Source of the DNA: Moniliella sp. 'wahieum'
Taxonomy: Eukaryota
Reading direction: 5' to 3'
NCBI GenBank assembly: GCA_003971905.1
Contig: RSEE01000011.1
Span: forward strand, 310,001 to 374,000
Length of the DNA: 64,000 bases
The notes beneath the pieces are model-generated. The model worked only from the letters and a program-made list of their open reading frames with translations. It did not search any database and was not told the DNA's origin. Made by a program: the position numbers and the translations under genes. This document shows positions 61,756 to 64,000 of this stretch, one piece after another. Each line of letters begins with the position of its first letter. Position 1 is the first letter of the stretch.

Positions 61756-62667
61756 TCCAACATTGTTCTTGCGTCCCATGCATTCTTGCTGCAATATCGA
61801 TGACGACTCGTTAGTGATATTGTCGCCCCATGACCGATTTTGGATTCATTGCTGACTTGGAGGGGTGCCCCGTTCCCAAATAGCCAGGAATCGCACTATG
61901 GAGTAAGTAGGCAGTGCATTGTTGTCATCGGCGTCTTTTCGGACAGCGCTTTCTTATGTCGATGGAGATAAAATGCCTGCAAAGCTCTATCGTAACAGCC
62001 TCAACTCGTTTTGGCTACCTCTGTAACGTGTTTTCACTTGGTAGCAGTGCCTCGAAGTGGTGCAGCGGATCGGGTGGGGAATGGGGAATACTTGGGTAGT
62101 GCAGTTGATGACAAGCTTTTCAGGGCGAGTCACAAGTAGGCGCTAGGCCAGACGCGTAACATCAGTGTGCCCGGTTGCGTGTGTCTGGTGCAGCCGGGAC
62201 AATTGCCACCAAAGTTGTGAGTTCTGTGAGTTGCGTGGCGTGGATGATCATATCAAGGCCAGAGTAGAGAAGACGGAGAACAGCACGATTAGGCAGTTGT
62301 CCCCGTCAAGACCCCCAGCGCAGTGTGTCAAATTAACGTTCCTCAGCCGACTGGAAGTGTCCCCCCAGCATCCCCCCGGCGACGTGTCTGTCGATGCCAG
62401 AGGAGGGGAGGTGGATTTAAGGGGCTGCTGCCGGCGAGTGAAGCTTGAAGGCGGTAGCAGCGACCCGGGGGGAGGGGCGCGGCGAGCTGGCCCTGAAGCA
62501 GGCGTGCTGTCTGCGGCGATTAGCGTGGCTCGCTTAATAGGAGTGGAGCCCGTCTCAAATTTGCGCGCAGCTGGCTGGATTCGATTGGAATTACGCCGAA
62601 ATCAAACCGGGTTGCGCTCCTCCGCCCCACCACCTTCTCCCGCAGCCTGCTCCCACTGGATGCGCCC

Positions 62668-64000
62668 ATGAGTGTGAACAGTGGGCGAGTCCGCCGCCAG
62701 CGCAGCTCCGCCACCCGCAGCGACAGCGGCGACGGTGCTGCTGCCCATGCCCACGCCCATGCGCGCCGTGTCCGTGCTCTTGGCGCCCGCCAACTCCGTG
62801 CTGTCGGCAACTACCGTTTGGGACGCACCATTGGCGAAGGCTCCTTTGGTCGCGTCCGTTTGGCCCACCATGCCCTGATCCCTCATTGTGCCGTGGCGGA
62901 ACAGATCGCGCGTGCCCGCACTGGCGGCGAGGAGCTCGCGGCGCTCGCGCGCGAGGTGGACCTGCATGCCCGTCTGCGCCACCGCCATGTCATGCAGCTG
63001 CTGGAGGTGGTAAGGACAGAGGGCAGCATCTGGCTTGTGTGAGCTGTGCCCTGGAGGAGAGCTGTACGACTATTTGGTGGAACAGCCCACCGGTCGGCTT
63101 GAGGAGCGCGAGGCGCGCCGCCTTCTCGGCCAGTTATGCCTGGCGGTGGCGTATGTGCATGACGCGGGCATCGTGCACCGCGATTCAAGCTGGAGAATGT
63201 GCTGTTGGATGAGCGGTGTAATGTCAAGCTGGCAGACTTTGGCTTTGTGTCCCAATTTGACGACGACGAGCTGCTTGACACACACTGCGGCACGACCGGC
63301 TATGCTGCCCCTGAGATGATCCGCGGCGAACGGTACCGCGGCCGCCAAGTGGACATCTGGTCTCCGTGTCATTTTATGCACTATCACTGGTGCTCTCCCG
63401 TTGACGATGACAGCGAGGACGTAATGCGCGCCAAAATCTTACTCGGCACATTTGACATCCCTCAGCACGTGTCTCCCGGTAAGCTGGTCTTCCCCACCCC
63501 CTACCCCTTTACGGCAGCTGACATTACGACTCCAGAGGCCGCCGATCTACTTCGGGCCATCCTTATCCGCTGACCCTTCAAGCGGCTCACTATTCCTCAG
63601 ATCCTCCAGCATCCTTGGTTCCACAAGAAGATGCCCCGCCGCCCCTTCAACCACCGCCTCTCCCATGGCCACCCCCACCTCCCGTAACGCTAGCGTCCGC
63701 AGCTTCCTCGTAGGGCTCACTCATACTCTGCTCCTTCGGTGGAAGAGATTGGCGCAGACCACCACGCAGGCCTCCCGTCGAGCTTGGCGCCCGTTCCTGA
63801 AGCGCCTGGCATCGTGGATGATGCCCGTTCCGACACAGACGTGTCTCGATGCGATTGCCCAGTCCGATGATGGCGCTACTCCAGACGAAGTTCCTGCTGA
63901 AACTACCGATACCGACGTTGCCTCTGACGACGCCGAAGTCACTCCTGCTCGCTTACCCACCCCGCCCGGAAGGAGCTTGCCTGCCTCTCCGCGGGTGCTG
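62668..64000 (+). CDS. Ser/Thr protein kinase, CAMK-like; runs off the window end
   Basis: VGNYRLGRTIGEGSFGRVRLA, RE, HRD(L)KLEN, KLADFGF, THCGTTGYAAPEM, DIWS, ILQHPWF. Intron ~63479-63535. Confidence 0.92.

Noticed and set aside
62885..62910. Kinase lacking the catalytic VAIK lysine (reads CAVAEQI)
   Set aside because: The Gly loop, HRD, DFG and APE motifs are intact and the assembly is indel-rich, so a pseudokinase cannot be claimed.
3334..64000. Frameshifted genes as pseudogenes or programmed frameshifting
   Set aside because: Indels affect essential genes uniformly, cluster at homopolymers and leave motifs conserved, so sequencing error is more likely.

Overview
GC-rich, intron-poor fungal DNA, most likely a basidiomycete (Tsp2-type tetraspanin, short GT-AG introns with CTRAC-like branch points). 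About 18 protein-coding genes are recognisable. The left part holds a UNC-93-like MFS transporter, GH55 glucanase, flavin monooxygenase, TauD dioxygenase, TALE homeobox factor, ALG11, a small OM14-like membrane protein, and a DUG3-like amidotransferase running directly into an RRD2/PTPA domain. The right part holds a RING-H2 protein, an Ady2/Gpr1 transporter, nucleoside hydrolase, tetraspanin, M1 aminopeptidase, a conserved hypothetical protein, an RRM protein, RACK1, a NUG1/GNL3-like protein and a Ser/Thr kinase. There is also an intron-containing tRNA-Pro(AGG) and a 5'-truncated RLE (CRE-like) non-LTR retrotransposon. Nearly every gene is broken by 1-bp indels, which points to an unpolished long-read assembly rather than pseudogenes, so CDS boundaries are approximate. 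The main unexplained signal is intergenic: many short tandem arrays follow a 7-bp grammar, TNA plus a 4-bp palindrome. They use all 12 palindromic tetramers that contain C or G, often switch tetramer without losing phase, and cluster upstream of genes. The retrotransposon appears to sit inside such an array with a candidate 7-bp target-site duplication.
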